Below are positions 23,451 through 37,810 of a DNA stretch of 64,000 nucleotides, piece by piece. The translations under genes were made by a program, and so were the position numbers. The notes below the pieces were generated by a model. It was not told the DNA's origin and searched no databases. It worked only from the letters and a program-made list of their open reading frames with translations. The stretch is taken from contig CM120640.1 in the NCBI GenBank assembly GCA_051362555.1, positions 70,534,788 to 70,598,787 on the forward strand. The letters run 5' to 3'. Origin of the DNA: Lingula anatina. Lineage: Eukaryota > Animalia > Brachiopoda. The number at the start of each line of letters is the position of its first letter. Positions within the stretch are counted from its first letter, which is position 1.

Positions 23451-24886
23451 CGGAAATAATTTAACAATTGATGATATTGAGAACACGATCTTGTTTTAAG
23501 CGATGGCATTACTTACTTTTGCAAATGTTTTGTTTAATTCAGGATCAAACATATTTTAGTATATTAAAAACTGTATAATTTGTAATATAACTTTCCTTTC
23601 ACGGTATAACTAATTACTGGCTAAAATGTACAAATTTTAGTGGATTGGTACCGAATCCATTGGTTATCATTTTTAGTTATTAACTAACTTATTATGATTC
23701 TAATTTTGTTCATCTTTTTGTTTAAACATTGTTTCAATAGTAAATTATAAAAAATAATAATAATAAGCTATAATTGATCCAGAAGACAGCAGCTTGGTTA
23801 CAACATTGCCAGCTTTCATATGTTAAGTTGGGCCAAAATTCAGTCCTTTTCATTATATCAGGGAAAAAGAATATACTGTCATAGAGCACAGAGCAACCAT
23901 TTTACGATTCTTGGAAGGGGCATCCCTATGGCCATTAAGCAATTTTCTCATACATTTATCTCCCCTATACCCTACTTAATGCGATAGCATCTTTATCTTT
24001 AAACAAGCATGTCAACATCCAGAATGTGGGATGGGTCCCCCTGATACCTGCCTTTACAAACCAGTGGAACCTGTGAAGTAGGATGTTTTTTATTACAATA
24101 TGTCACCTAATACCCCTTTTTTTCCTATTACAAGCATGACACACATGCCAAGAAGTTAACTTGTCCCCTTTTTAAGGCAAGATCCACAAAATGGGTCAAG
24201 ATGGAAAATGTATGAGCGTCATTGAAGGCAGCATCTAATCTACTTGACTTCAAAGAGTTGACCGAAGGATTAGGGATGGTTTGTAGACTCAGACAGGTCA
24301 GAGAGGGCAAAAGGGGAGTGACACGTCTGCTCTGCAATCACCCAGCTTTTCTACCTATATCCCATCTGTTTATTGATAAATAATATAATTTGGCTTACAT
24401 AAGAAAGTGTAGGGTATAGATTTACTTTTAAAGACCTGTCAAGACCATAGAAAAGGTAAAAAGGATAATTAAGATTTTAAGTTCTGTTGAAGCAAAACTC
24501 ATCAAAATTCTCCATTCTGTAGCAACAAGTCGATGACTTTTACACATTCCTCACCAACTTCAATAAGGAGTCATTATGGAGCAGAAAAATTGCAGTTCTC
24601 TTTTGTTCGGTAATTGTTGGGCTGTTTGTGCGGTACCACTCCACATTGTTTGATCCCACTCAGTGCACGGGCATCGATTTTGCTAAGCAAACCAGTAAAT
24701 GAGTAGTCAAAGAATACGCCACATTCCAGCAGGGTATATTTGTTTACATTTCTATTGAGAATTTCCCGCCAAAACCAGTGGCTTTCATCACTGGGTGACA
24801 GGGTGGCCCTTTAAGCCACCTATATGAAGGTTTAGACTACATAGTAAATAACAAAAACATCAATAGATTTGCCAAAAGAAAGTTAT

Positions 24887-24892
24887 TTTATT
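24887..24892 (-). terminator. Probable myc polyadenylation signal
   Basis: AATAAA on the minus strand ~600 nt after the stop, followed by a U/GU-rich stretch; the intervening 3' UTR is AU-rich. Confidence 0.55.
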
Positions 24893-25487
24893 ACATAAAG
24901 TACAAAATTATCAATTTCATTGATGAGCTTTTTCACACAGTAACTCAACGCAAAAAAGAAAAAAAAACAAAAACAGGAATGATCTCCAATGAGAACCGCT
25001 AATCAAATCAATGATATGAAAAGGACTGATAAGTTGGTTGTGTCTGCCCGCATACACCTAATATTAAAACACACACCGGTTCAATCTTTAATTAAAATTA
25101 CAAATGAAAAGATGGTATTTATATAGGATCTGTTTATAATACACATTTACAAATGTACAAATGGTTGATCAATCTCCCCAAATTGTTAATTTTATGCTCA
25201 AGAGGATGTGAGTGCACATTACAAAAGAATAATAAACTTAAAATACTATTTACTTATGTACAAGTAACAAAAATAGGAAGAAACTGTTGTAACCCTAACA
25301 TAAGTGAGAAGCATAGCATGAAAATATGCCTGCTTTTCAACAAAAATGCTTTTCCACACCTTAAAAACTTCTTGGTGTTACCAGCCAAAGCCAAATTTCA
25401 TCTGAAACTTTTTTTTTTCCTCTGGTCATCTCAAGAACTACTTTCCTCCAAAACTATACATTTACATCTTCATGAGTTATTTTCTCC

Positions 25488-28400
25488 TCATATAGACTGT
25501 TTTAAAAAGTTTAACCTCCTTTTTAACTGCTCATGTCTGTCTTTTTCTTCACTGAGCTCTCGTTCACGTTTCCTCTCCTCTCTATTCAGGGCTAAAATGT
25601 ATTCTGTAGCTTTTTTGAGAATGACCACTTTAGCAGCCCTTTCTTGTGCTTGCAGTTCTGGAACACTGTCACGGAGCCTCAAAAAGCTACATTTCAAATC
25701 ATCGCGCCTTTTCCTTTCAAGAACATTGTGTTGAGTCCTTTTACCACCTTCAAATCCTTCCTCATTATCAGAGCTGGACCGACTGCCAGAGTGCTTGCTG
25801 TAACTGTGTCCTCCTGTAGCCTGAAGCTTCCGCATGGCAGACTTCAACTCCGGGATACTCAACTCTCTCTTGACTTTCTTCTGAGGCTGAGGTGAGTTTG
25901 GCATAGAGACGGATCGCATTGTGCGCTTTAGACTGAATGACGTGGCGGAGGTAGTATTCCTGGGGGAGGGGGGCTGAGAGTACGAGTGTTGGTCCAGAGC
26001 TGAGGGGTACAATGTTCTCTGTGGTATTGTGCTGGTTTGGACCACCGTCTTCTTAACTGACCGACTACTGGTTGCAGGTGGGGGCACCTGCACAGTGACC
26101 ACATCTATTTCTTCCTCTGAAATGATAAAAAGGCATAGATATTAGTTTAAAACATCTTCATTTATACTATATAAAATATTAATCTGTTTTTTTCATTACA
26201 TCTTTAACAAAAATGACAAGATTCAAACACAGAGGTATTTTATGTGTGATCACAATTATTCAAAGTATATATGTTTTTGTATGTCTACAATATATCAAAT
26301 CATCATGCCTAAGATACAGATCTGAGCATTGCTGGTTCAAAGTAAATTATCTAAGATCATGAGGAGTTGGTATTTAGGGTAGATGTATAGAAGTATGTTT
26401 GCTCCTCAAAGTCATGGGTAGAAAGTGCATGGTTCATAAATAGAGACTAAGTAGATCTGTTGCCACAAAAACGCAGTGTACTTCAAGTATCTTTCCTCCA
26501 ATCTATACATCATTATGGTTATATAATCTGTCTGAGTTGATGTTATCTACATTTGCCAAGGGGAGATGCCATGTCTTTCGGTTACCACATAACACATATT
26601 CCTTACCAGTTAGTCATAAGCAGAAACAGATGGAGAGTCCATAGATTGATACAACAAAAACACAATTTAATCTGACAGGGGATTTATAATTGTGGCGTAG
26701 GAGCAGAGTTAATATTGTCATTGCTTTTTATGGTCAGTGCCCAGCCCCCCCAGTCCCTGTAGCAGTGGATCAGTGTCAAGGCTAATTGGGAAGCAGAATC
26801 TAATAAAACAGCTGCTGGAAGTCTGGAAGTACAAGTGATGTGAGGAAGTACTGGTGTTCACACCTTCCTTACTATTTAATCAAACCCGAGATTCTCAGCG
26901 GCTGACTCATCTATATTTAAACAGCTTCCAGTATCTGATGGCAAGTTTCATTCACTTGTGAGTAAGATCTTTCTTCTTTTTTTTAAGGATAGGACAACAA
27001 AAATTTAAAAACCACAAAGATTTAGAAATGCCTATTTTTCGGTCACAAGTTGAGAATCAAATATCACACAATTTTTTCAAAGCTTGCCATCTATGGTTTT
27101 AACTGTGCACTGATTCCCTCTCCACACTGCAGACACATTACTCACCTGAGCAGAGCCATTAGGACACTACCAGTAAATATAGTAGGGCAGGTGTAGGACA
27201 AAAGTACAACCAAAAATGTTACACTGCACATGGAGCTAGAATCTTATCAGAACAAACCCACTTCCTCTCTTTGAAGTTGTAGACCACCACAGAAAATCCA
27301 AATAGCATGGAGTTGGAGAACACTTGGCAATAAATCTCACAAGCACATGTGTGGACTGTTGCCTCTCACATTTGTTTGAAAACAGACCACAGTTCTAGAG
27401 CCGGCTAACACAGTAGTAACCTGGTGGTCAGAGAGCCTTTGTACTCCTGTCACCAGCCACAAAGACAGGGCAGCAATGAGCATACCGCTTGCTGTCACCT
27501 AACAGGACAGGATTACACTGGCACGCCAGACAACAGAAGAGATTGAACCCCCATTATCCTCCATAGAACCCTTCTTCACAGTTAATGCTTTGTCATATCA
27601 CACCTACTAAGAGCAGATAGATGGTGATTAGGAGCAGTAATCTAAATGACTTAATGGCCCCATTACCTACTAAATGAGATAAGAGAAAGGGCCAATTGTA
27701 GAAAGTAATTCCAGCTAAAGGTAATTTGTGGAATTTAATATTTCCAATTGTGTGCTTAAACTGTAAGCTCGTTAACAGTAATTTCGTGCACTTAGCTATG
27801 AACACTGCAAACAAATGGGCTGGCTACCAGATATTATTTTTCATTACACCAGCTCTGTCTACCACACAACTGAGCATTTATTGCAATATGCCATAAATTA
27901 AAGAGACCATTTATGCAGCAGCAAACACTGCTATATCACATGTTAAGGACACCAGAGCAGACTGTTCATTTCCTTACGCAATTTCAAAGACTATTGCACT
28001 AGAAGATGTCTGCTGCAACTGCATACTCAGTTTTGAACTTGTGCCAAGATAGTACATTCTGTTTTGTGGACAAAATGCTGAATGAAACTTATTGTGAACA
28101 ATGTATCATTTTCTATTGACAAATGTAAAAAAGTTGTATCAACAAGCTGTAACAATGTTGTGACAATCATTTCCTGCCCTTGGGAGTACTTTCATGAATG
28201 ACAGGACAGTGACATGCGTTTTTTAACAACTATTTCTGTTCTCCCAAGTTCTCCCCACAGACCTACAGTGGAGTTTCCTTTGACCAGACTGTCTGGTATT
28301 CAGAATGTGCTTATTTATAGCTCACCTAATTACACTCTCCTAGTCTACTACACCTATATGCTACCTCCACCTTTACACTACCTACAATTTGTATGCAAGA

Positions 28401-29277
28401 AAGATATTTGATCTTTAATAGGAATCCCTATGCCTTTTTACATCGATATAAGCAAGAAAAGACTGCATGGGAAAACTGCTTAAATTGGTCCCATGATGTG
28501 CTATACTGGTGGGATTTAAATGGTTCCTGCTTGCAGCATGTCGGCATCAACTACCTCTGACTTTCACATTATTGACCCAAGCTGTTTTAGGTCAGTCATA
28601 AATGTCTAGCAGTAACTTGCACTGATGCAAAATCCCCCAACTTTATTACACGTCTTACCTGAATCTGAAGGCGTTTCTGTCCCCAGGTGATGTGTTTTAC
28701 TTCTCCTGTTGTCATTGATAGGGTATGGGAACACAGCCGTGGGGTCGACACAGTCTGTGCTTGCATTGATATCCACACTAGGAGCGGTAGCTGGGGTCTT
28801 CAGACTCGGTTCACATTTCTCTACCTTCTGGTCCTGCGACCCTGACCACATACAGTCCTGAATAAGCTTTGACTTGAGATTTGTGCAACATAGTCCGAGA
28901 CAACGGGCACTTGTATCTTCTTTAGCAGGGGGTGGGCAATGACACTGGGATTCGCTGCCTTGTTCCGTTGAACCAGGAAACAGTATGATCTGGGTCTGTG
29001 TGAGGAAATCGTCGTCCAGAAGTTCGCTTACTTTGTACAGACACTCCGTTGTGTTAATATCCGACGGTATAGTTATATTAGGCGGTTCCCTATCTCGGCG
29101 AGGTGACCGAGGCGGCGTCGGCAATAACTCAAATTTCTTCCATATATCCTCGCTGGGAGCTGGCGTTCCAGCGTGAAGGTGGTCCTCGTTGTCATCTTGG
29201 AAATAGATGGGCTGAAACGTTTCATAATCATCCTTGACTAGACTGTGTGCCATTTTCTTCATCTGTACTCTTGGCAT
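25488..29277 (-). CDS. myc: Myc bHLH-ZIP transcription factor, 2 coding exons, 415 aa
   Basis: Exons 29277-28659 and 26116-25488 join in phase 1 to give TPSDS|EEEIDVVTV (MBIIIb). [36 protein letters not shown], MBIIIa [12 protein letters not shown], basic region [16 protein letters not shown] ...[14 protein letters not shown] and zipper. Confidence 0.98.
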
Positions 29278-29676
29278 GTTGTGAAAACTGCAAGACAGAA
29301 AAAGAACACTGCTTGTGAATCAGTAGAATGACTAGACGTTAATATCGACCGAAGAGGCGTGAACCGTCGGCAAAATGCCAATGACTTTCGCTGTAGTTGT
29401 GCAATCACATTTTTTTAATAGTCGAGTCAACGTGAATGCTGGCGTGAGCTTTAAAAAAATAAAATACTACGTCTTATTGGAATTTACTATGTCAACGTGT
29501 CGCAAAAACCGCCCAAACACGCCTACTCCCACAAGCGTATTGATTAACAACGTGTACCGGTAGCTCTATCGTGGCCATTTAAACCGGCATATTGCCCTAC
29601 TTAAAAACATACACGTGAAACTTATCTTTTAATATACCTTCAAACCTAACACCTTTAGTATACCTAAAATACTTAC

Positions 29677-29820
29677 AGAGACTGTCACTGTAAAATTCTG
29701 TACTGCTGTCAGTAAATATAAATCCAACTTTGGCTAATATAGCTGAGCAGTGAACAGTTCACACGAACAACCGGAAAAGCGGATGATACAATGGCATCTC
29801 ACTTGATAAACCCTTGACTG
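29677..29820 (-). other. myc: Probable non-coding first exon of myc (5' end uncertain)
   Basis: Strong donor GTAAGT at 29676-29671 and strong acceptor TTCTTTTTCTGTCTTGCAG ending at 29288, 10 nt before the ATG. Confidence 0.65.
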
Positions 29821-30079
29821 TTCGCTGACAGCTCAGACATATATCCATACGCGGGTCAAAGAACTACTTAACGGGGTGAAGGTCGTTTAACCGCACGCTT
29901 AGATTTTCTGTATATCTGTGTAACTGTTATCAAAATAAAAAACATAATGCTTCTTTTACATGGTTATCATATCTTCCAAGACCAGGTTCGGCATTTCAAG
30001 TAATTTTAAATTTTAGGGACTATAATTAGGATTAGAGCGAAGCCGCACTATGAGACAGAAAGTTGTAAATCGGCCAAAT

Positions 30080-30134
30080 GGCGCGAAATTTTGTGGGCGG
30101 AGCTACAAGGCAGGTGCCCTATCTCGCAACCAAT
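30080..30134. promoter_or_regulatory. Clustered E2F site, GC box and CCAAT box upstream of myc
   Basis: GGCGCGAAA (=TTTCGCGCC, E2F consensus) 30080-30088, GGGCGG 30095-30100, CCAAT 30130-30134, within a locally CpG-rich region. Confidence 0.55.
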
Positions 30135-33100
30135 AGGTGTTGGGGAATGCTATTGAATATGTAAATACCAGATAACATGAATGAGAACTTTGAATCTACA
30201 GCATGCAAAGTGAAAAGTGATTGCACTACTAGTCTATACGCATGTCGTACATGAATACTCGTCACGACGTGTAAATATGGAGTTCCCTTTTAAAATATAG
30301 ACGAAAAGAAAAGGCATAACAGAAAGAAAGATTCTAAAGGCAAAATTTCGTTCAAGGGGTGGGCCTATCTTAATCAGATTTAAATAGCAGACAAAGGTAA
30401 CTTAATCACCACTTTGACCTGCATGGATGTTTATTTGTTTAAAAGGTGCAACAGTCGTTAGAGCTCGCGGTGCACATTACGATAGGACCCCAAAGCCGCT
30501 TGTACTCTAATAGCGATGCAACACTAGTGGTGGGATAGCGGCAGATGTTCAGGTTTACACCTCTCACGGATTTGGCTACTTTCCAGACCATTATATTGTA
30601 CTGAACAACAAACAAACACAAAAACATGGCAGTACCTAGATAACGCGTGGCAGATGGTTATGAGGGATTCAATTTATAATTTTAAACGCCTACTTAGGTG
30701 AAGTCGAAAACCTGGACTCGAGCCAGCTTTGTCTGTGGCTAATATATGTGAAAGTGACGTATTTTGGTCACGAATACTTAGCTGCCTGGATTGTAACCTG
30801 AGCGGACAAAGCCAGCGTTTAACCACTATAATATGGCATCTTCGATGATATAATGATCGAAACAGACGTTGAAAAGAAATGAGGCGGAAAGATTAGGACG
30901 CCTGTTCAATTCTTTCACCATTTCCCCACCCGCATTCTTAAATACCAGCACACGACAGTCTCGCTCAAATTGTAAAATGTATTGTTCCGTGCGATCTCCT
31001 ATTGTACCTCGACCAAGAAAGAGGCATTGCTTGTTGGTTGTGGATATTTTTTTTTTCAAAGTCTATAATTTGCGCACGCGAGTCGAGAAATGGGGGTCCA
31101 CGTACGAATGTTTGGCAGATGACGCGTCAATGTTAACACGCGAACAGCACGCTCCTGACGTTAGCTACTTAGCATACAGGTGTGCTGCCCGGCTACTCAA
31201 CCCAAGTGTCAGAGATCGTAAAGAGGTGTAACACGTTGCCACGATTATAGTAATCATCGCCCCGCGCCACAACTGTGGAACAATACGTGGCGTGGAGGGA
31301 AGCAACTACTTATCCTTTAGGTTCATTGATGTATAACGTGCGATTATGGGATAGTAACAGTTACGCCTACTCAGCAGGCCTGCTTGGGCTTGCAACTCGT
31401 CAAAAATTATGCTTCTTTTTATAATGTAACCGTCTTATTTTATTTAATTTTTCTTCTTTCTTTCGCTATCAAGTTCTTTTTTCAAGAAGGTCTGTCTTTT
31501 ACAATATGACATGTGAATGGACACTCGGCGAATCGTTCATCTGAAAAAAAGCGGTTGGAACACCTGAGAACGTCTCTGTGTGTGCCAGCGGGAGTGCAGT
31601 GTCCCCTATAGGCCCACATATACGTGTAATGGTGCCTGTAAAGTTTCCACCATTCATTTCAACCTGTACACACTATGCATGCCCAGACATGCAGACTTTC
31701 CCAGGCATATCTATTATCATTTCCCGCCAATTGGATCAAAGAATCCGACCTGTTGATCTCTTGTAGTAGTAGGCCAACTTCGGCACGGAGCCGCCTTCGC
31801 TGTGTTAGTTGAGCCCCCAGTTCCCAAATCGGTGTGAATTTCGTACGTTATTGTGTTTGATGTGCTGCTAAATAGGTGTTCAGAACGTGATTAAATTTTC
31901 TTTTCACCAAATATTGCGAAATGTAATCTAGTTTAAACTAAACCCCTAATCATGTTCCTCTTTTGTAGGCCTACGACATGTTGTAAAAGAGAAGAATTTG
32001 TAGGTATCATTCTTTAAAACCAAAGTTGCAAGTAAATTGGTTATTAAAATTAAACGAATAAATATATAGTCTTCCTTTGCTTAATTTATTTTATTTTATT
32101 TTTATGGTATATTTATTTTCTTGATACACTTAAGACAATAAAGAAAGGATGTTCGGCGTGTTTCTTTGAAATGTATTTTAAAAGATGAGAAAATACTAAA
32201 CAATCGTTTTCAACATTTCATAACCCTCTTTTAAAAAGGCCCTGTGCATGGAGTTTCATAATAAATACGACAGAAAATCAACGTATGTTACAAGTCCTAC
32301 ATGGGATCTATTTGAGTTGCCAAACACGGACGACGAAGTCTTGGATTTACATGTACCTGACTAACTCTCTATAACATTCTTACATGTGTAATTTCCGCAA
32401 ACAAAGAAGCTTCCGTTAAGAAATTGTTCAGTTAATTGTGGTAAACAAACCTTAAAGAAAAATCTTGATTCTTTTGAATGATATAAATAAGTTATCCTGG
32501 GGGTATAGCGGGAAAAAAGAACAAATAGCGGATTTCCTGGCGTAAAATTGATGTATTCAGATATAAGTTCTGGACGCGGCAAACATCACACGATCAGTAG
32601 CCTAACTCAGGGGTACAAGGGCGTACATCTTTCTTTGTCCTCTTTGCTTCATTTTAAAGAGAACTATGCTTATGATTTGAATGTGTGTTAGTTTATGAAC
32701 CATTAAGCAGTTATTAGTTGTAAAAGGAAATAATCAACAAAATTTGGGATCATGTTGTTGTGCAATAGACAGCAATGCGACAGAAAACAACCATAAAAAT
32801 ACACGTGGATGAATTCTGTCTGTATGTCAACTTTTATTTTTTTGTCACACCGCACTCGTGTCATCTCGCTTGATTTCACGCTAATTCTCGAGACTGCGGG
32901 CTATCTCAGATGATTATCATTGTGGAGTACAGCGACTGTTTGATATTTAAGTGAATACAGCATACATCATTGTAAATACTTGTGCAAAATTATGTTCAGA
33001 AATGGACCAGCATAGATTATTTGTGTTAAAATGTACCCCGAAAAAGAAAATAAAATAACCATTTTAAAAAGCAAAAACTTAGACATTTCATGGTAAAAAG

Positions 33101-33386
33101 CTTTGACGGACAAAAAGCACATTTCCTTTTAAGTAGACATATGACCGTCTTATTTCATTATTTTGTATTAACAAACACTTAAAAGAATATTGGTATGGGC
33201 AGCAGGATATTTGATAATGTTACAGTTCAACGATTTCAGTCATTTTAGATTTCTTAAGATTGCAATACGCCCAGACACCTTATTTATATTTCACTTGGGA
33301 ATTAGCTACATTGAAAATAGCACATATTATGATAACAGTAAGAGAAGAAATTGCAAATATTTGTTTCGGTGTAAAAAGTATTTGCC

Positions 33387-33820
33387 AAAGGTTTAAATTC
33401 TATTTTGCCTTTCACGAACAACAGGGGTTAAAAGGTGACCACCAAGCGTGACCACCAAGCGTGGCTCGGTATTCACCAGCCATGACAATTAATGAATAAA
33501 AACAGAAACAATTCTGATAGGCCAACACAGGACAGCTTCTCATTAAAAACGGCAACCTGAATGGTTGGTAAATCTTATTTCACGGTGAATGGCTGCAAAT
33601 AAAGCTGAAACTCTGTGTCATTTGTTGAATTTATCGGTAATCGCAAAAAAAAGAGATAATGTCATATTGCTATTTCTATTGACTAAGAAAGCAGCAATAA
33701 GACCCAGGAGACGGGATGTGTGGTCTGTCGCCGGTTTACCCAATCTGTATGGTTCAGATATGTAGAGCATTTTTTGTAATAATGAAGAAAGGCCCGTTTC
33801 CCCTGGATTGACCGCTAGGT
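33387..33820. repeat. Diverged direct repeat, copy A (partner 35753-36290)
   Basis: Colinear shared blocks: AAAGGTTTAA..TATTTTGC.TTTCACG.ACAACA..GGTTAAAAGGTGACCACC; AATTCTGA.AGG.CA; CTCATTAAAAAC; ATCTTATTT; ATAAAGC; TTCCCCTG.ATTGACCG. Confidence 0.75.
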
Positions 33821-35752
33821 GATGTAATGAAGTGAGGTGGACCGGGGTGAAGCTTTCACGAGAACTGAACACATATCTCCGGGCACAGACCAAACACTGT
33901 TCACGCGATATTTTTTTGCGGTTCATTACATAAAAACCATCACACCGCGACATTTTCCACACGCTTTCAGATGCAGGATGACAAAGTAATTGGATGTTCA
34001 CGAAACTGGAAAATGGCAGGCCACCATCTGCGCCTGTAAACATTGTGGCTTCGTTGAACTTTTCAATTAAAAAATGAAGAAGCGCTGGTGTTTCTAGGAT
34101 TTCACTGTGGAAGGGAAACGTTGGTCCCATGTCACAACACGTCTCACTCACACACGGGGTCATAAAGTTTAATAAAAGATTTAGAATTATTATCTTACAA
34201 CGCTTCTATTGGGGGCTATTCCAATGTCTGTACAATGTATATGTAATAAAATCGCAGGCACAAAAATATTGCAACCTAATTAGAACTGAATATTTTACGT
34301 CAAATGTGGCAGTTTGAATACAATCGTATTGAAACTGTGATCCTTCGTCCAACGAGAAAGATAAATATTTCATATTAAAATACTGAATGCACTTAAAGTA
34401 TAATGTTTTTGTTTTGTTTTCTTATTCAGTTACATTAAGAGTAAAGATTTAATTCTTGCTGAGAAATAATCCACGCCACATAATTTAAGAAAGAACACCC
34501 AGTTGATGGTCAAAGCTGGGAAATCGAATTAGCAGTTCCTTCTTATTAAATTCAAAATGATATAATATTTTACTTGCAAGTTTTCATCGGGTGGATAGAA
34601 AAAAAACTACATTCAGGATTCTCAAAAAGTGGCCACTATAATGTTATGAAATTTCTCTCAATACCACTTTATTATATAATCTCTAGCATATGAAGTTTAT
34701 AACGATGTACTTTATTATAGCCACGTTGCTTTCAATACAAAAATACATGCCCAAGTATACAATGCAGGAATCAAGCGATTCGTGCTTTTCGACAGTGATT
34801 TTTAATGGAACACCAAGTAAATATTCAAAAGCTAAAAAAAGTCAAAACTTTGCTGCACCAGAAGTAATAGTATTAAGTGGTATTAATGGAATTTAAGGTA
34901 GTGTCCTTTTGATATATGTCTGATAGATTTTTTTTTTCAAATTTTTACATACATAGTTGATATTATTATTTTATCCACTGGACGTTCCGTTATGAGGATT
35001 AATTAAATATGAAACAAATTAAGAACATGCATCGAAAACATTTATTTATTTATTTATTTATTTTGCATTTTTTTCACCCATTACAAGGTCAGTCTTGACG
35101 CTGTGCAGTTAGTGAGGAACCGCGTCAATGGTTTAAACTGCCATTCTGAAGTCAATACAACACCTCCACAAAGGGTTTTCAGTGTAACCCGCTAGTTGTT
35201 AATTATAAACCCTTCCTGGCGAAATTGATTCTTAGGGCGATGCCATTTTTATAGTGTCACTTGATCGAAAGTTTAGCATCAAAAGTCGTACATTTAACGC
35301 CTTTAATGAAAAGCATATTTACAAGGATAAAATCTGAATCATTCTCATTACGAAGTATTTGCACCACAGTTAAATAGAGCTATTGTTGAACTGCAGTGGC
35401 GTTAGAAAGTGCTGGATGGCAAAACCGAATTTTTTACAATCTAAACGTTGGTAAGATAGCATCAGTGTAAGTGCCTATTTTTATTTCTTATTAAAATCTA
35501 TTTATCTGTCAATTTATTTTTCCTGGAAGGGGGGGGGGGGGCGGGGATAAAGAGAAAAAGTTGAGCTATAACACAATGCTGCATTAAGTAAAAAAAAACA
35601 CGTTAACAGTCCCACGGAGAACATTACATGCACACTGTGACGGCAGCTTCTGGTAGACATTTCACTGGAAATTATACAGACTAAGCGGTCCATTGGGCCA
35701 TCACCTTGAACCTAAAAACAACAAATAATAGAAGCATTGGGAAGAATATTCT

Positions 35753-36290
35753 AAAGGTTTAAGTTTTATTTTGCTTTTCACGTACAACAAAGGTTAAAAG
35801 GTGACCACCTTGCCTGACTTCAAATTCACCAAGGGTGACCCTCTCCGATACAATTTGAAAAAATAAACAGATTTAATTCTGACAGGTCAGCATAGGATAA
35901 TGCCTCATTAAAAACATCCACTAGAGCGACTTTCAACATCTATTTTATGGTCAACGGTTCCATATAAAGCCGGAAAATTAAATAACCTGAATTTTCTTAA
36001 GTAATTTAGTCTCCGAAAGAGCAAGGAAAACAATTGAAATCAAACGCTTAACTTGCAACAGCAACAACCTCCCCCGGGAAAAGAATGTTGTATAGATATC
36101 AACTGTGAAAGTTGGATAGAAAACATGAGACCACGGTAATGAGATGTGGTGTTATGTCAACGTGGTACTCTTATGTCGAGATTTGATTGTAATTTTAGCC
36201 AGAAGTACGGTGGTTATTGACCACAATTGCTCGTTTTTTAAAGCAGAACGCTGCAAACGAACCAGCACTTCCCCTGAATTGACCGATGGT
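35753..36290. repeat. Diverged direct repeat, copy B (partner 33387-33820)
   Basis: Same ordered blocks as copy A, ~2.37 kb downstream. Confidence 0.75.
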
Positions 36291-37810
36291 AAAGGCCGAA
36301 TGGTGTGAAGTATTGCCTGTACACACACCCCTAGGCATACCTTTATAGCTTAATACTCCAAATCACAACAATCGGAAAAAGAGCTTAAAAACTGTTAATC
36401 TAGTTTTAATATTTGTTCTGTGGGAAAAACCTGGGTTTTATAGTGCATGACCTAGGAACCATGAGGTTATGGTTCACTACGTCTGAAGAATAAAATATGA
36501 GAACAAATTCCACAGTTGTGTTTTTTATTGTTCACTCTTGGATTTAATCTTCACATACTGTCCACTACAATCTGGGGATAATGTAAAATAAAATTTCATT
36601 TCAATTTCACAGTCTTTTAAAGCAGGCGATCTAAAATATATCCAATTACAAAGAGCATCTTCATTAATGTATTAATGCACTACTGAAGTGCCCCCTATTG
36701 ACAGCCACATGATTTACCCTTCAATTTTATATTATGCCAATCTCTGTATTTCTATAATTGGTATTTAAGCTAGTTAATACTTTCAAAAATAAATATTATT
36801 GGATTGAAAAGATAATTATAAATCTTATTTCCCCTCAAAAAACTTACCATTACTAGAATAAATTAAAATTTGACAAGAGATCAAGCAGTCTTATGCCAAG
36901 AAATGTGTATAATACATGTGGCAAATATAAGAACTTGCACTGCACACCGCACCAATCAAAAGCAAGCAAAACTTAAAAATGTTCAATACTCATCATATGT
37001 TAACCTGATGTTGCTTTCTTGCTTTGATAACAGATGAATAATAATTTGCAGCATGTGTTTTCTTTGTAATAAAGATGCTCACCTTGAATTAAGCCTAAAT
37101 TACCATTCCACTGACACCATTCCCTGACAAAGACATGGGCAACAGGGCTCTGCATGTTTTAACATGCTTAAAAGCAAGGAAATGGATATAAAAATAACAA
37201 ATCACAGGGTTGGCAACTCTAAGCATTTATGCATATATATCATGCAAATCTAGTACCATGCCCTATTGTTTTCAGGTGTGTCCCCATCAGAAACAGTATA
37301 TCATATAACAGAAATATATGCACTGTGAAATAATATAATCCACCCAACTTTTGGGGTTATGGCTGCCAGTAGTTAATAATCAATGCAAAATAATATAAAA
37401 AGTGCAGAAGCATTACATGTACATCAAGGACACAGAAAAGCAAATAAACCATCCCAACCTCACTTTTAACTATTAACTAAATATTCATCTCCCTGAACAT
37501 AAGGTTGGTCATGTTTCACTTGCAAATAACACAATAACTTGCTATAAAAATCAACATATAACTCTATGTACACTCTGCTTTGATTAACAGTGAACTACTT
37601 CCCCGAATATGGTTTTATATACATATGTATACAGCTACACAAATGTCTATGTCTTGGTTTAATATATATATTGTTTTGTGTAAGACCTGGCAGGACAACA
37701 CAAAGTAATCAATGCCAGTCGGTAAAAATCATAATACTTCTTAGATACATATATTATACGCTTACTTGGAAAAAAAAAACATGAGCAGAGCTGACTCCAC
37801 TGTAACCTAA

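Noticed and set aside
25153-25734. 193-aa plus-strand ORF
   Set aside because: Antisense shadow of the myc last exon and UTR; no domain.
29278-29700. CUG-initiated N-terminally extended Myc as in mammalian MYC1
   Set aside because: After splicing 29677->29287 an in-frame TGA lies seven codons upstream of the ATG.
2700-30195. Scattered TCF/LEF-like CTTTG(A/T)(A/T) sites around myc
   Set aside because: Short motif expected often in AT-rich DNA; enrichment cannot be judged without computation.
33618-34163. 181-aa minus-strand ORF upstream of myc
   Set aside because: No recognisable domain, non-ATG start, and the partner repeat copy does not preserve the frame.
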